Origin: a virus
Taxonomy: Duplodnaviria; Caudoviricetes
Length of the DNA stretch: 56,206 nt
Strand: one strand, 5' to 3'
IMG/VR virus record: IMGVR_UViG_3300030107_003883
Location: 1 to 56,206 of that record
How positions within the stretch are numbered: position 1 is the first letter of the stretch; every line of letters starts with the position of its first letter. Below, piece after piece: positions 45,422 to 55,481 of this stretch. A program made the position numbers and the translations under genes. The notes below the pieces were generated by a model, which saw only the letters and a list, made by a program, of their open reading frames with translations, made no database searches and was not told the origin of the DNA.

Positions 45422-45576
45422 ACGGGAAAGATCAAGCTGTCCATATATGACCATATTCGGGTAAACCTCATCCGGTGGATGAGAAACATAGCATTCGAGG
45501 TGCTGATATACATGGAGAAGAAACAAATTCGGTTGAATATCGGTATCCAAAAACGGTATACAAAGAAGGGAAGTAA
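45418..45576 (+). CDS. Candidate selenoprotein, 52 aa with UGA at codon 11 (MNGKDQAVHI-U-PYSGKPHPV...)
   Basis: AAAAGGAG RBS; ATGA overlap upstream and TAATG overlap downstream; in-frame TGA at 45448-45450; SECIS-like hairpin. Confidence 0.6.
45467..45483 (+). promoter_or_regulatory. SECIS-like hairpin
   Basis: CUCAUCC-GGU-GGAUGAG; loop begins 23 nt after the UGA. Confidence 0.6.
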
Positions 45577-45626
45577 TGAGAAAAAGATTTTTGAAGCGGG
45601 TAGAAAGTATGAAAGGAAGCTGTTAA
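45576..45626 (+). CDS. 16-aa coupling peptide MRKRFLKRVESMKGSC
   Basis: TAATG overlap; its stop abuts the TTG start of TerS. Confidence 0.35.
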   Translation: MRKRFLKRVESMKGSC

Positions 45627-46373
45627 TTGAGGTATTACAGCGTGAACGGGATAGAGCACAGAGTTTACGATCCTGATGATCGTGTAGAAAATGGACTCGT
45701 TGTTATTGCTGATTGGCGCGATAGTCGCGTTGGCGACTGGGTCAAAGCAGACGATGACTGTATCATCCAGGTGTTAAGAAAAGGTAAAATGACGCGTAAG
45801 TACGGGAGGAACAAGGTCAGAGAATACGTGGGCACGTGCACAGGGACATTTCCTGTAGGCAAAAACGTTAAAATGGACACAAGTCGCAGAACAAACATTT
45901 ATACTTTCGGGGGTAGCAAAAGTTCTGAAGACATTCTCTTGGATCGGACCACACTAACCCGTTGCGAACTAGTATTTGTCCAATTCTTGACATCTGGCAT
46001 GAGTCCACAAGAGGCTTATCTAAAGGCATATCCAACTAAGAATAAGGATTATGCGCATGTTAAAGCAACACAACTAATGAGAACAGATAGGATATACACT
46101 GCAATGAAAGAAGAATTAAAACCAGTATGCGAAGAGCTAGGAATAGACCCTAAGTCTGTATTGAAAGACATACAAGAAGCATCAAAGAACTCCGAGAAGG
46201 AAGATGTGAGGCTTAGAGCATTATTTAAATTAGCTGATATACTAGATTTAGAAGATAAGAATAAAACAACGGTCACTCAAGTCAGTGGAGCATTATTCCA
46301 GGGCTTTAGCCCTGAGCAATTAGAAAGCGCGGAGCGACCACAATTAATAGAAGGAAATAAAGATGGCGAATGA
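45627..46373 (+). CDS. Terminase small subunit with N-terminal extension
   Basis: LTRCELVFV...QEAYLKAY...ATQLM HTH; VRLRALFKLADIL oligomerization helix; upstream of TerL. Confidence 0.7.
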   Translation: MRYYSVNGIEHRVYDPDDRVENGLVVIADWRDSRVGDWVKADDDCIIQVLRKGKMTRKYGRNKVREYVGTCTGTFPVGKNVKMDTSRRTNIYTFGGSKSSEDILLDRTTLTRCELVFVQFLTSGMSPQEAYLKAYPTKNKDYAHVKATQLMRTDRIYTAMKEELKPVCEELGIDPKSVLKDIQEASKNSEKEDVRLRALFKLADILDLEDKNKTTVTQVSGALFQGFSPEQLESAERPQLIEGNKDGE

Positions 46374-46803
46374 TGCATTTGATATGATGAATAGTGCAGA
46401 TCCTGATATGCATGTTACAGGTGGTGCTATATTAGTTTCTGAATATGAACAGAATATGGATCCTGGTGATCAGAGTAAGTATGAAAAAGCAGTAATGAAC
46501 TCTTTTCAATCTGCTTATGCAGCTGATCCATATAAAAGAAATTTAGATTTTCAACATTGGTTAGGATCGTTAGATCCAAATCTATATAGAGAAAGAGCTA
46601 AAAAGTATGAAGATATAAAAGCTCAAAATAATGGTTATTCATCTTTAGTAGAAAGAGAAGATGGAAGATTATTAGAAGATGCTGGTATGATTCAATCTTT
46701 AGCTCATCTACATACAGGAAGAATTGAAGATTTAATAGAAATAGCTAAAAATCTAGATCCACAGCAAACACCATTTCAACAAGCTGAATTTAGACGTCCT
46801 TAG
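46363..46803 (+). CDS. Hypothetical protein between TerS and TerL
   Basis: Coupled ORF, 146 aa. Confidence 0.65.
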   Translation: MANDAFDMMNSADPDMHVTGGAILVSEYEQNMDPGDQSKYEKAVMNSFQSAYAADPYKRNLDFQHWLGSLDPNLYRERAKKYEDIKAQNNGYSSLVEREDGRLLEDAGMIQSLAHLHTGRIEDLIEIAKNLDPQQTPFQQAEFRRP

Positions 46804-48359
46804 TGGCTAATATAAATACACAGAATGTTTCTACTGCTGAAGAGCAGTTAATAATGGCAAAGAATGATATAATTTCATTTGGTAAATTGTTTTTACCAGA
46901 TGATTTTATGAGATCTGAAACACCATTCTTTCATTATCAGGTAGCAGATGTTGTAAATGATTTAAGTATTAGGCAGTTAGCAGTAATCCTGCCTAGGGGT
47001 CATGGAAAGACAGTATTAACTAAATGCAGTATATTACATGATTTTGTATTTGCACAAGATCCTCTCTTCTATGGATGGGTGGCTGCATCAAGTAAAATAT
47101 CAGTTCCAAATCTAGATTATATAAAATACCATTTGGAGTATAACGATAAATTTTTGTATTATTTCGGCAATTTAAAAGGAAGAAAGTGGACAGAAGATGA
47201 TATCGAGCTTAAAAACGGCACTAAGCTTATTAGTAAGTCTAACCTCTCAGGTATTAGGGGAGGAGCTAAGCTTCATAAAAGATATGATCTCATCGTGCTC
47301 GATGACTTTGAGGATGAAAATAATACCGTTACACCTGAGTCTAGGGCTAAAATTTCTAATCTTGTTACAGCTGTTGTGTTCCCTGCTTTGGAGCCTGGGA
47401 CGGGCCGTCTTAGGATTAATGGAACTCCCGTTCATTTTGATTCTTTTATCAATAATATCCTCGTCAATTACGATAGGGCAAAGTCCGCAGGGGAAAAATT
47501 TAGTTGGAAAGTAATTACGTATAAAGCAATACAAGACGATGGAACACCTTTATGGCCAGGTTGGTTTGGTCAAAAGGAAATGGAAAGAAAGAAGAAGTTC
47601 TATAGTGATTCTGGCCAGCCTCAGAAATTCTATCAAGAATATATGATGGAAGTTCAAAGTGCTGAAGATGCAATCTTTACCAGGGATCACATTAAATATT
47701 GGGAGGGAAGTTTTTTACATGACGACGAAACGGGAATATCGTACGTACACACAAAAGATGGAGATACTAAGCCAGTTAATGTATTCACGGGTGTTGACCC
47801 CGCTACTGATTCTGCTCGTAGGGACAGCGACTTCAGTGTTTTACTTACTATCGGTGTTTGTCCAGATAACAATGTATATGTGCTCGATTATGTGCGTAAG
47901 CGGAGCTTGCCTGTTCTTGGGATACCAGGGGACGGTAAAAAAGGAATTGTGGATCACATTTTCAAGCTTAATAACATCTTCCATCCTTCCCTTTTCACAG
48001 TCGAAGACACTACAATGTCTAAGCCAGTTTTTCAGGCGCTTATTGCAGAAATGCGTAGGCGGAATGACTTCGCTGTCAAGTACGTTGCTGAAAAGCCAGG
48101 TAATAGAATGTCGAAACGTGACAGGATACAGGAAATACTTGCTCAAAGGTTTTCAATCGGTTCGGTCCACATTAAGAAAGACATGTATGATCTTCAAAGA
48201 GAGATTATAACTTTTGGACCTAGAATGGGTCATGATGATACAATAGATGCCTTAGCATACGCATGTAAGTATGCACATCCACCAAAAGGCATTATGACTA
48301 ATAAAGAAGGTGGATATTATAAACATAAACCAAAAGCTAAAAATTGGGTAACTGCATAA
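46803..48359 (+). CDS. terL: Terminase large subunit
   Basis: Walker A PRGHGKT; Walker B LIVLDDFE; GTP motif; nuclease GVDPA...DFS and HDDTIDALAY. Confidence 0.95.
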   Translation: MANINTQNVSTAEEQLIMAKNDIISFGKLFLPDDFMRSETPFFHYQVADVVNDLSIRQLAVILPRGHGKTVLTKCSILHDFVFAQDPLFYGWVAASSKISVPNLDYIKYHLEYNDKFLYYFGNLKGRKWTEDDIELKNGTKLISKSNLSGIRGGAKLHKRYDLIVLDDFEDENNTVTPESRAKISNLVTAVVFPALEPGTGRLRINGTPVHFDSFINNILVNYDRAKSAGEKFSWKVITYKAIQDDGTPLWPGWFGQKEMERKKKFYSDSGQPQKFYQEYMMEVQSAEDAIFTRDHIKYWEGSFLHDDETGISYVHTKDGDTKPVNVFTGVDPATDSARRDSDFSVLLTIGVCPDNNVYVLDYVRKRSLPVLGIPGDGKKGIVDHIFKLNNIFHPSLFTVEDTTMSKPVFQALIAEMRRRNDFAVKYVAEKPGNRMSKRDRIQEILAQRFSIGSVHIKKDMYDLQREIITFGPRMGHDDTIDALAYACKYAHPPKGIMTNKEGGYYKHKPKAKNWVTA

Positions 48360-48595
48360 TGGCTAAAAAGAAAAAATTTGACTCTGAAAGTTCTGGCTAC
48401 GACTATGAGGCTGCAAAAGAATGTGGCTTAGGTCCTGATGAATCTGGCCATTGGCCTAGTAGATGCCCTTCTTCTGGACAGATATTAAAAGGAAAAGGCC
48501 ATAAGACATGGACATTAACTGTAGATGAAGAAAAAAGAATGGGTTATAATATTTATAAAAAGAATGGAAAGTATTATAGTAAGAAAGGAAAATAA
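48359..48595 (+). CDS. Hypothetical protein (GYDY...GHWPSR...YYS)
   Basis: TAATG coupling at 48359. Confidence 0.65.
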   Translation: MAKKKKFDSESSGYDYEAAKECGLGPDESGHWPSRCPSSGQILKGKGHKTWTLTVDEEKRMGYNIYKKNGKYYSKKGK

Positions 48596-48658
48596 TGGCT
48601 GATATATTTACAACTAAGGATTTAAGTCCTAAGAAGAAAAAGGAAGAAGATAAAAAAG

Positions 48659-48799
48659 ATGATTAAACTATTACTACTTACAGCTGTGTTAAATACCAGT
48701 GAAGTAAAAGCATTGCCTCCTACTCCACCAAAGATTGAACGCAGAAAGCGGGGAAAGTCGAATCGGGGGAGAAAGCGTGGCGGGAGCGGGTTAAGATAA
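48659..48799 (+). CDS. 46-aa peptide with hydrophobic N-terminus and Arg/Gly-rich tail (not in ORF track)
   Basis: MIKLLLLTAVLN...RRKRGKSNRGRKRGGSGLR; TAATG coupling. Confidence 0.5.
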   Translation: MIKLLLLTAVLNTSEVKALPPTPPKIERRKRGKSNRGRKRGGSGLR

Positions 48800-49416
48800 T
48801 GGCATGGTCAACTGAACCTACAGGGTTAGATACATATTCTACTATTATGGAAAAGGTTTTGGAGAAAGCTCAGGGCTTTAACAATATTGATCAGGATCAG
48901 GTTGAACGAATAATGAATTTAGTGGCTTACCATGAAACTGGCGCTACTATGGATCCATCAATTAGGCAAAAAAGCAATGTTTACAATGAAAAAAAAGAGG
49001 TAATTGGCAGTAAAGAAGGTCCGGGACGAGGCCTTTATCAATATGAATTGGAAACCTTAGGCGGAAGTGGAGCAGGTAGGGTAGCAATGAACAGATTGTA
49101 TGCTGCTTTGGGTGGAGACTTGATAGAAGGTAAGAAGCCTGAAAATATGCCCAAATGGATGAATCAATATTTTTCAATAAATCAGTGGGGCCATCATGAA
49201 GTTTCCGGAGATGTAGATTTTTCTGAACTTACAGAAGAACAGCAAAAGATACTTTTTTTAGCAGATAAATTAATTGCAAGCGACGGCAAAGCAATTAAAG
49301 ATATAGGTATATTAGCTGACGATGAGTGGTGGGCAAAACATCATCATAAAGGTGATAATTCAAATATGCAAAAGTTTAGAGCTGATAAAGATAGATATTT
49401 AAAAAATAGGAAATAA
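48799..49416 (+). CDS. Lysozyme-like fold protein (candidate lysin/transglycosylase)
   Basis: VAYHET (candidate catalytic Glu)...GPGRGLYQYE. Confidence 0.55.
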   Translation: MAWSTEPTGLDTYSTIMEKVLEKAQGFNNIDQDQVERIMNLVAYHETGATMDPSIRQKSNVYNEKKEVIGSKEGPGRGLYQYELETLGGSGAGRVAMNRLYAALGGDLIEGKKPENMPKWMNQYFSINQWGHHEVSGDVDFSELTEEQQKILFLADKLIASDGKAIKDIGILADDEWWAKHHHKGDNSNMQKFRADKDRYLKNRK

Positions 49417-49418
49417 TT

Positions 49419-49652
49419 ATGGCAATAAATAGAAACCCTGAAAGGGTAAAACAAACAAGAAAGAATGCTAGAAGACAAGGTTCTTTTAGAGGTGGTATAA
49501 GTACAGATATTACTCCAATGGCACAACCTAACCAGCCTCAAACAAATCAAACATGTCCTTTAGGACAAGAACTTATAACTGGTCCAGATGGAAAGAAAAG
49601 ATGTGGAACTAAAAGACCAAGAATGCCGAAGGCACCTAATAGGGGATATTAA
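49419..49652 (+). CDS. Small basic protein with a CPxG...C motif
   Basis: Coupled to the portal by TAATG. Confidence 0.55.
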   Translation: MAINRNPERVKQTRKNARRQGSFRGGISTDITPMAQPNQPQTNQTCPLGQELITGPDGKKRCGTKRPRMPKAPNRGY

Positions 49653-51988
49653 TGGCAAAGCGTAAAGATAAACAAGCAGATAGAGTTAGACAGATATTTA
49701 ATAGATCTAACCAGTCTAATCGTATACAATGGGAGTACATAAATCAGAAAGCATTTGATTTTGCTAACGATAATCAGTTAACAGCAAAAGAAACTCAAGA
49801 TCTACAAGATCAGGGAATGCCTACATTTACTATTAATAGAATAGCACCTGTAGTTGAAATGCTTAACTTCTATGCTACAGCCAATAGCCCTAGATGGCAA
49901 GCAGTAGCTGTTGACGGTTCTGATTCTAAGATTGCAGCAGTATTTTCTGATATGGCTGACTATATCTGGAATTTATCTAAAGGTAGTACATTATATGCTA
50001 ATGCAGTAAATGATGCTATTACTAAAAGTATTGGATGGCTACATGTTGTAGTAGATCCTGATGCTGATAGAGGAATGGGAGAGGTAAGAATTGAACAACC
50101 AGAACCTTTTGATATACATGTAGATCCTAAGTCTAGAGATTTATTATTTAGAGATGCTGGGTATATAATGGTAAGAAAGATTTTACCTAAGAATCAATTA
50201 CTTAAGTTATATCCTGATCATAAAGCTAAGATCAATAAAGCATCATCTAGTGAAAATAATGACTATAGTTATACAGAAAAAGCATATGATACATATCAAA
50301 AAGACTTTGGATATAAAGATGTAGTTGAAGCTGATTCTGTAGATCCTGAAACAGGAGATACTGACAAGTTATTAGAATACTTTGAAATGTATGAAAAAGT
50401 TAAAATAGCTTATATGAATGTATTCTATCGCATACCTCCTACAGAAGAGCAAATTAAAGAAATACAAGCTACTGTAACTGCTCAAATAGAAGAAATTACG
50501 CAAGAAATGCAAGTTAAACTAATGGAGCAACAACAGGAGTTACAACAAGCTGTTGAGAGTGGAGAGATGCTGCCTGAAAGAATGGCTTTAGAAATGCAAA
50601 AGGCTGCAAAGGCTATACAAGAAGATATTCAGATGCAAAGAACACAGATGATGAATGATCTTATAAGTAAAGCTACGCAGGTAGATAATAAAGTTGTTAC
50701 TGAAAAAGAATATGCTATACTAGAGAAGGATCCTTCTTTTGCAAATATCTTGCAAGAGGCAATAAGGTTTCATGGGGATAGAATAAGAAAGATTTGCGTT
50801 GCAGGTGATGTGACCTTGTACGATATCTTTTTACCCGACAATATCACGGAATATCCTATAGTGCCATTTCATTATAAGTGGACGGGTACTCCTTATCCTA
50901 TCTCTGCAGTATCACCTCTTATAGGTAAGCAGAGAGAGATAAACAAGTCACATCAACTTATGGTTCACAATGCATCTTTAGGTAGTAGTTTGAGGTGGTT
51001 ACATGAAGAAGGTGCAATAGATACAGATTACTGGGAGAAATACTCCTCGTCTCCTGGTGCGCTGTTACCAGTTCGTCCTGGCTCAGTTCCTCCCACTCCT
51101 GTACAGCCAGCTCCTCTATCTAATGCATTCTTTCAGATAGTTCAGGAAGGGAAAAATGATATGGAATACCTAGCTGGCATTTATTCTTCGATGCAGGGCG
51201 ACACTGGTTCTCAGCACGAAACATATCGTGGTATGCTTGCTCAAGATGAGTATGGAACTAGACGTGTTAAACAATGGATGAAAAATGCAATAGAGCCTGG
51301 TTTAAAGCAATTAGGAGAAGTTATAAAACAGTTTTCACAATCTGTATATACAGCACATAAAGTATTTAGAATTGTACAACCAAATGCATTACAAGAAGAT
51401 AGAGAGGTTCAAATTAACGTTCCTATGTATAATGACTTTGGTGAGGCTATAGGTAGATTCATGGATTATGAAACAGCTAGATTTGATGTACGCATTATAA
51501 CTGGCTCTACATTACCACTTAATAGATGGGCATATTTAGCAGAACTTAAAGATATGATGCAGTTAGGCATTATAGATGACTTAGCAGTTCTTGCTGAAAC
51601 AGATATAAAAGATAAAGAACTTATAGCAGAAAGAAAGAGTCAATTATCTCAACTACAAGGTCAAGTGGCTGGAATGGAGGAACAATTGAAAGATAAGGAG
51701 GGCACTATTGAGACTCTCGAACGGCAGTTGGTTCAAGCAGGTATTAAAGGCAAAGTTATGCAGGCCGAAATGGAAATCGACAAGCAAAAGAACCAGGTTG
51801 CTAATAAAACAGAAAAAGAGTATCTTGAAACTCAAGCAAAACAAAAGCTTTTAAGAAGTAGAATGTCTGATCAAGTTGCTGGAAATCAGAAACAAGCTCA
51901 GGCAGATCTTAAAAATAAGTCAAAGGAAATGGACTTGCAAATAAAAAGTTTAATAAATAACTTGCAAGCTAAAAAAGAAACATCCTAA
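49652..51988 (+). CDS. Portal protein (P22-like)
   Basis: PTFTINRIAPVV, DPKSR, EYPIVPF and QREINK; long C-terminal coiled coil; position after TerL. Confidence 0.9.
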   Translation: MAKRKDKQADRVRQIFNRSNQSNRIQWEYINQKAFDFANDNQLTAKETQDLQDQGMPTFTINRIAPVVEMLNFYATANSPRWQAVAVDGSDSKIAAVFSDMADYIWNLSKGSTLYANAVNDAITKSIGWLHVVVDPDADRGMGEVRIEQPEPFDIHVDPKSRDLLFRDAGYIMVRKILPKNQLLKLYPDHKAKINKASSSENNDYSYTEKAYDTYQKDFGYKDVVEADSVDPETGDTDKLLEYFEMYEKVKIAYMNVFYRIPPTEEQIKEIQATVTAQIEEITQEMQVKLMEQQQELQQAVESGEMLPERMALEMQKAAKAIQEDIQMQRTQMMNDLISKATQVDNKVVTEKEYAILEKDPSFANILQEAIRFHGDRIRKICVAGDVTLYDIFLPDNITEYPIVPFHYKWTGTPYPISAVSPLIGKQREINKSHQLMVHNASLGSSLRWLHEEGAIDTDYWEKYSSSPGALLPVRPGSVPPTPVQPAPLSNAFFQIVQEGKNDMEYLAGIYSSMQGDTGSQHETYRGMLAQDEYGTRRVKQWMKNAIEPGLKQLGEVIKQFSQSVYTAHKVFRIVQPNALQEDREVQINVPMYNDFGEAIGRFMDYETARFDVRIITGSTLPLNRWAYLAELKDMMQLGIIDDLAVLAETDIKDKELIAERKSQLSQLQGQVAGMEEQLKDKEGTIETLERQLVQAGIKGKVMQAEMEIDKQKNQVANKTEKEYLETQAKQKLLRSRMSDQVAGNQKQAQADLKNKSKEMDLQIKSLINNLQAKKETS

Positions 51989-51991
51989 ATT
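51935..51991 (+). promoter_or_regulatory. Two tandem sigma70-like promoters upstream of scaffold/capsid
   Basis: TTGCAA-17-TAACTT (51935-51963) and TTGCAA-18-TAAATT (51962-51991). Confidence 0.45.
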
Positions 51992-52023
51992 ACTAGGATT
52001 TAACAACTCAATAAGGAGAGATT

Positions 52024-52875
52024 ATGGAAGATAATCAACAGGAAGGTAACCCAGCACCGATTGGCGCCTCTAGTGATTTCTTTGAAGCGCTGGAAGATAA
52101 TGTCAATAGCGCTATACAAGATAATATAAAAGAAACCGAAGTAACCCGAGCTCAATCTAGTGGCCCCGAACAGGTAACCCACACACCAAAAGAGCAAGGC
52201 ACTGAAGGTAACATTGATTGGGAAAAGAGATATAAAGACTCTACGCGCGAAGCTCAAAGAATGAATCAAGAGCTTCAGACCCTAAAGCCTTATGTCCCAG
52301 TTCTTAATGCAATGAAAAAAGATACTGGTCTTGTGGAACATGTAAGAGACTATCTTCGTGAAGGCGGTGCTCCTGCAAAAAGCTTACCTGAAAGGTTGGG
52401 CTTAGATGAAGACTTTCAGTTTAATGCTGATGAGTTATCTGATCCAAATTCAGATTCATCTAAACTTTTAAATGCCCAGGTAGACGCACAAGTGCAAGCT
52501 AGACTTAAACAGGTTATGGCTGCAGAGCGTCAGCAAATGCAGAAAGGACAAGCAAATCAGAAAAGAGCTCAAGAAGCTGAAGACTTTCAGAAACGACATA
52601 ATATGTCCCCTGAAGAGTTTCAAGCTATGATGGGTGAAGCTGGGAAGCGCAAAATAACTTTGGATGACATTTATCACTTACTAAATAAGGATAAGGTTAA
52701 CCAAAATGTTGCGAATAACACAAAAGATGATATGCTTAAGCAAATGAAGAATGTTAGAAACATACCGACAAGTGCCAGTGGAACCAACAGCGCCAAGGTC
52801 GAATCTAGTCCAGACAGCGATGTCTTTGACAAGATTATAGGATCTGATGGTGATATAGATAACTTGTTCGGCTAA
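52024..52875 (+). CDS. Capsid scaffolding protein
   Basis: Acidic and helical, DWEKRYKDSTREA motif; between portal and capsid. Confidence 0.8.
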   Translation: MEDNQQEGNPAPIGASSDFFEALEDNVNSAIQDNIKETEVTRAQSSGPEQVTHTPKEQGTEGNIDWEKRYKDSTREAQRMNQELQTLKPYVPVLNAMKKDTGLVEHVRDYLREGGAPAKSLPERLGLDEDFQFNADELSDPNSDSSKLLNAQVDAQVQARLKQVMAAERQQMQKGQANQKRAQEAEDFQKRHNMSPEEFQAMMGEAGKRKITLDDIYHLLNKDKVNQNVANNTKDDMLKQMKNVRNIPTSASGTNSAKVESSPDSDVFDKIIGSDGDIDNLFG

Positions 52876-52914
52876 ACAATCTTTATAACAGACTGTTAGC
52901 GAACTCAATAATAC

Positions 52915-52953
52915 GCTCTACTTGAAGGCTCGAAAGAGTAGCTGATAGAGAGC
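52915..52953 (+). promoter_or_regulatory. Structured 5' leader of the capsid gene
   Basis: gcucua/uagagagc stem with an internal loop and a gcuc-GAAA-gagu GNRA hairpin, just before the AAGGAG RBS. Confidence 0.4.
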
Positions 52954-52972
52954 AAAAAAGGAGACACTAACA

Positions 52973-54538
52973 ATGTCAGATTTTTTAAGCGTAATAACGC
53001 CTAACGAAAATCTTACTGTCGCAGACGTCAATGGACGTGGACCTGACAATAGCACATCGTTGGATACTGGTGATCTAAGAAGAAAATATAACTTCGGTGA
53101 TCGTGTATCTGAGGTATCTATTGCTCAAGACCCTTTCTTTCGTTTTCTAAGTAAGGTTTCAAAAAAACCAACGGACGATCCACAATTTAAGTGGGCAGAA
53201 AAGCGTCCTTCATTTCATAAACGCTATGCTTACTGTGTAGGCCAATACAATGGTGGAGTACTAGATGCACATGATTCAGAGATTGATTTAGCTAGCGTTG
53301 CTGGCACTGCTGCTTCATCAGCTGGTGATATCATTGAATTATCATTTGCTACAGACTATGCAGCTTCTGGTAATATTCAAAATACATACGGTTCATCTGA
53401 TTCTGCTTATGCAATTGGCGGTACAGGAACAAGACCTGTGTTCTTTATTCCTGGACAGCTAATTAAAGTTCCTACAGGAGCAGTAAATACTTCTCAAGGA
53501 TCTGTAGCAACTAGCTATCATATTTGTAAAATCAATGCTGTAAGCACTGCTGATCACAGTAGTACTTTAGGTGTTGATAATGATAATGGAGAAGCTGTAA
53601 AAGTAAACTGTACTATTGTTCAATTTGGTAGTTCTAATGAACTAGCAGGTTTTCATAATAATAACGGTTTTGAAACAAACTCATCTGCAGGTTCTAATGA
53701 AACATATACTGAGTCTATTTCAAGTAAGCTAGAAAACCTAAGAACTTACGTTGTAGGTTCTGCTTTCTCAGAAGGATCTGGATATCCAGAAACTTGGAAA
53801 GATCAGCCATATTCAACAAACTCAGGTTTAACTCAAATCTGGAAGACAAGTATGGCAATGACTAACACTGCTCGTGCTACTTCTTTAAAGTATGACTCAA
53901 ATGAATGGGCTCGTATTTGGAAAGAAAAGCTTATTGAGCATAAGTGGGACTTAGAAACATCATTGCTCTTTGGAAGTCAAGCAAGTGTTGATGATGTTCA
54001 GTATACTCAAGGTGCTTTAGATTATATTAGTACTTATGGTAATGCATTTAGTCTAAGTACAGCTACTAAAACAGCTGATGACTTCTTAGATGATATGTCT
54101 AACTATTTAGATCCTAGATATAATGCATCTAATGCAACTGTATTCTTCTGTAATACAGCAGTATATAACTGGTTACATAAATTAGGTGGATACTTCAAGA
54201 ATAATCTTGAAATCTCATCTAACTTTAGATCAGATCTTGCTATGACAGGTAAGAAAAAAGTCTTTGGTGTAGATATTTCTACATTCTCAACTCCTTATGG
54301 AGATATGAATGTTGCACGTAATATCCACCTAGACGGAACTAACGTTAAAATGGTTGGTATCAACATGAAGAATTGCGCATGGCGCCCTCTTGTTGGCAAC
54401 GGCATTAACAGAGATACATCAGTGTACGTAGGAGTTCAAACATTAGAGAACTCTGGAGTTGATCGTAGGGTTGATCTAATATTAACTGAAGGTGGTATGG
54501 AATGGCAGATGCCTGAATCCCATGCCATGTGGACATAG
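52973..54538 (+). CDS. Major capsid protein (HK97 fold)
   Basis: PFFRFLSKV...FKWAE, TQIWK, EHKWDLETSLLFG, TQG and DLILTEGGME; follows the scaffold. Confidence 0.9.
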   Translation: MSDFLSVITPNENLTVADVNGRGPDNSTSLDTGDLRRKYNFGDRVSEVSIAQDPFFRFLSKVSKKPTDDPQFKWAEKRPSFHKRYAYCVGQYNGGVLDAHDSEIDLASVAGTAASSAGDIIELSFATDYAASGNIQNTYGSSDSAYAIGGTGTRPVFFIPGQLIKVPTGAVNTSQGSVATSYHICKINAVSTADHSSTLGVDNDNGEAVKVNCTIVQFGSSNELAGFHNNNGFETNSSAGSNETYTESISSKLENLRTYVVGSAFSEGSGYPETWKDQPYSTNSGLTQIWKTSMAMTNTARATSLKYDSNEWARIWKEKLIEHKWDLETSLLFGSQASVDDVQYTQGALDYISTYGNAFSLSTATKTADDFLDDMSNYLDPRYNASNATVFFCNTAVYNWLHKLGGYFKNNLEISSNFRSDLAMTGKKKVFGVDISTFSTPYGDMNVARNIHLDGTNVKMVGINMKNCAWRPLVGNGINRDTSVYVGVQTLENSGVDRRVDLILTEGGMEWQMPESHAMWT

Positions 54539-54548
54539 GAGGTTAATT

Positions 54549-55037
54549 ATGGCTAAAATACCAATGTATGGACAAGAAGATGGTGAAGGAAGTGCTTTAG
54601 GTGGAGTTGCTTTAAATGGCAATTTTACAATAGCTGTTGATGGTGGACTCACTTTAACTGGAGCTAATGATGGCGGTATAGTTCTTGTAGAAGATGCTGA
54701 TGCTCATGCTATAGTTCTTCCTACTATAACTAAAGCCCTTAATGGTTTAGAATATACTGTTATTATGGGCGTAGACGCTGGTGGTAGTATTACTATAACT
54801 TCTACAGATTCGGCTGGCAATTATTATCAAGGCGCCTTAGCTGTTAATCAAGTAGATGCTGATGATGGTTTTGCTGCAAACGGCACAAGTAATAATATTA
54901 TTACTATGAACGCAACTACAACAGGTGGACTGCTAGGTTCTAGAGTACATGTTAGGGCTGTATACGGATATGGATGGGCCGTATGGGGCAGTGTATATGG
55001 TACTAATGGAACTGCAGCTACACCTTTTAGTGGTTAG
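54549..55037 (+). CDS. Capsid decoration/head-fibre-like protein (start likely 54549)
   Basis: AGGAGG RBS; IVLP...GLEY...beta-sandwich. Confidence 0.6.
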   Translation: MAKIPMYGQEDGEGSALGGVALNGNFTIAVDGGLTLTGANDGGIVLVEDADAHAIVLPTITKALNGLEYTVIMGVDAGGSITITSTDSAGNYYQGALAVNQVDADDGFAANGTSNNIITMNATTTGGLLGSRVHVRAVYGYGWAVWGSVYGTNGTAATPFSG

Positions 55038-55047
55038 GAGGTAGATA

Positions 55048-55470
55048 ATGGCTGATGGAAATGGAACTAAGTTAGCGGCAAGAGCCAGTAATGAAGACGG
55101 TGCATATATGTTTAATATGAATGATTCTGCTGCTTCATCCCACACATTAGATATGGGTGATAGTGGAAAAGTATACATGTTATACAGCACGGTAGCTAGA
55201 ACTATAACTTTACCAGCAGTAGCTGCTGGACTTAAGTTTAAGTTTATAGCAACTGACACTACAGCCGATAGTTCAATTACAACAAGTGAAGGCACTGCTT
55301 TATTTAAAGGTGGTGCAGAAGCTGGAAACTCTTATCTTACGTTAGCTGGAACTACTATTATAGTAGAAGCAGCAGCAACAGTTGGAGATTGGCTTGAATT
55401 CATCTGTGATGGAACTTATTGGTATGCTAGTGGTCATACTTCAGCAGGTGCTGGCTTTTCAGTATCCTAG
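55048..55470 (+). CDS. Capsid decoration-like protein, paralogous to the preceding gene
   Basis: AGGAGG RBS; DSGKVY...ITLPAVAAGLKFKF...GDWLEFICDGTYWY. Confidence 0.6.
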   Translation: MADGNGTKLAARASNEDGAYMFNMNDSAASSHTLDMGDSGKVYMLYSTVARTITLPAVAAGLKFKFIATDTTADSSITTSEGTALFKGGAEAGNSYLTLAGTTIIVEAAATVGDWLEFICDGTYWYASGHTSAGAGFSVS

Positions 55471-55481
55471 CAAATAACAAA

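Noticed and set aside
45479-45676. ORF-track 65-aa ORF
   Set aside because: No RBS and overlaps TerS; the RBS-bearing, doubly coupled 45418-45576 frame explains the region better
54492-54548. Capsid frameshift extension into the next ORF
   Set aside because: The downstream gene has its own AGGAGG RBS and ATG at 54549; no clear slippery site
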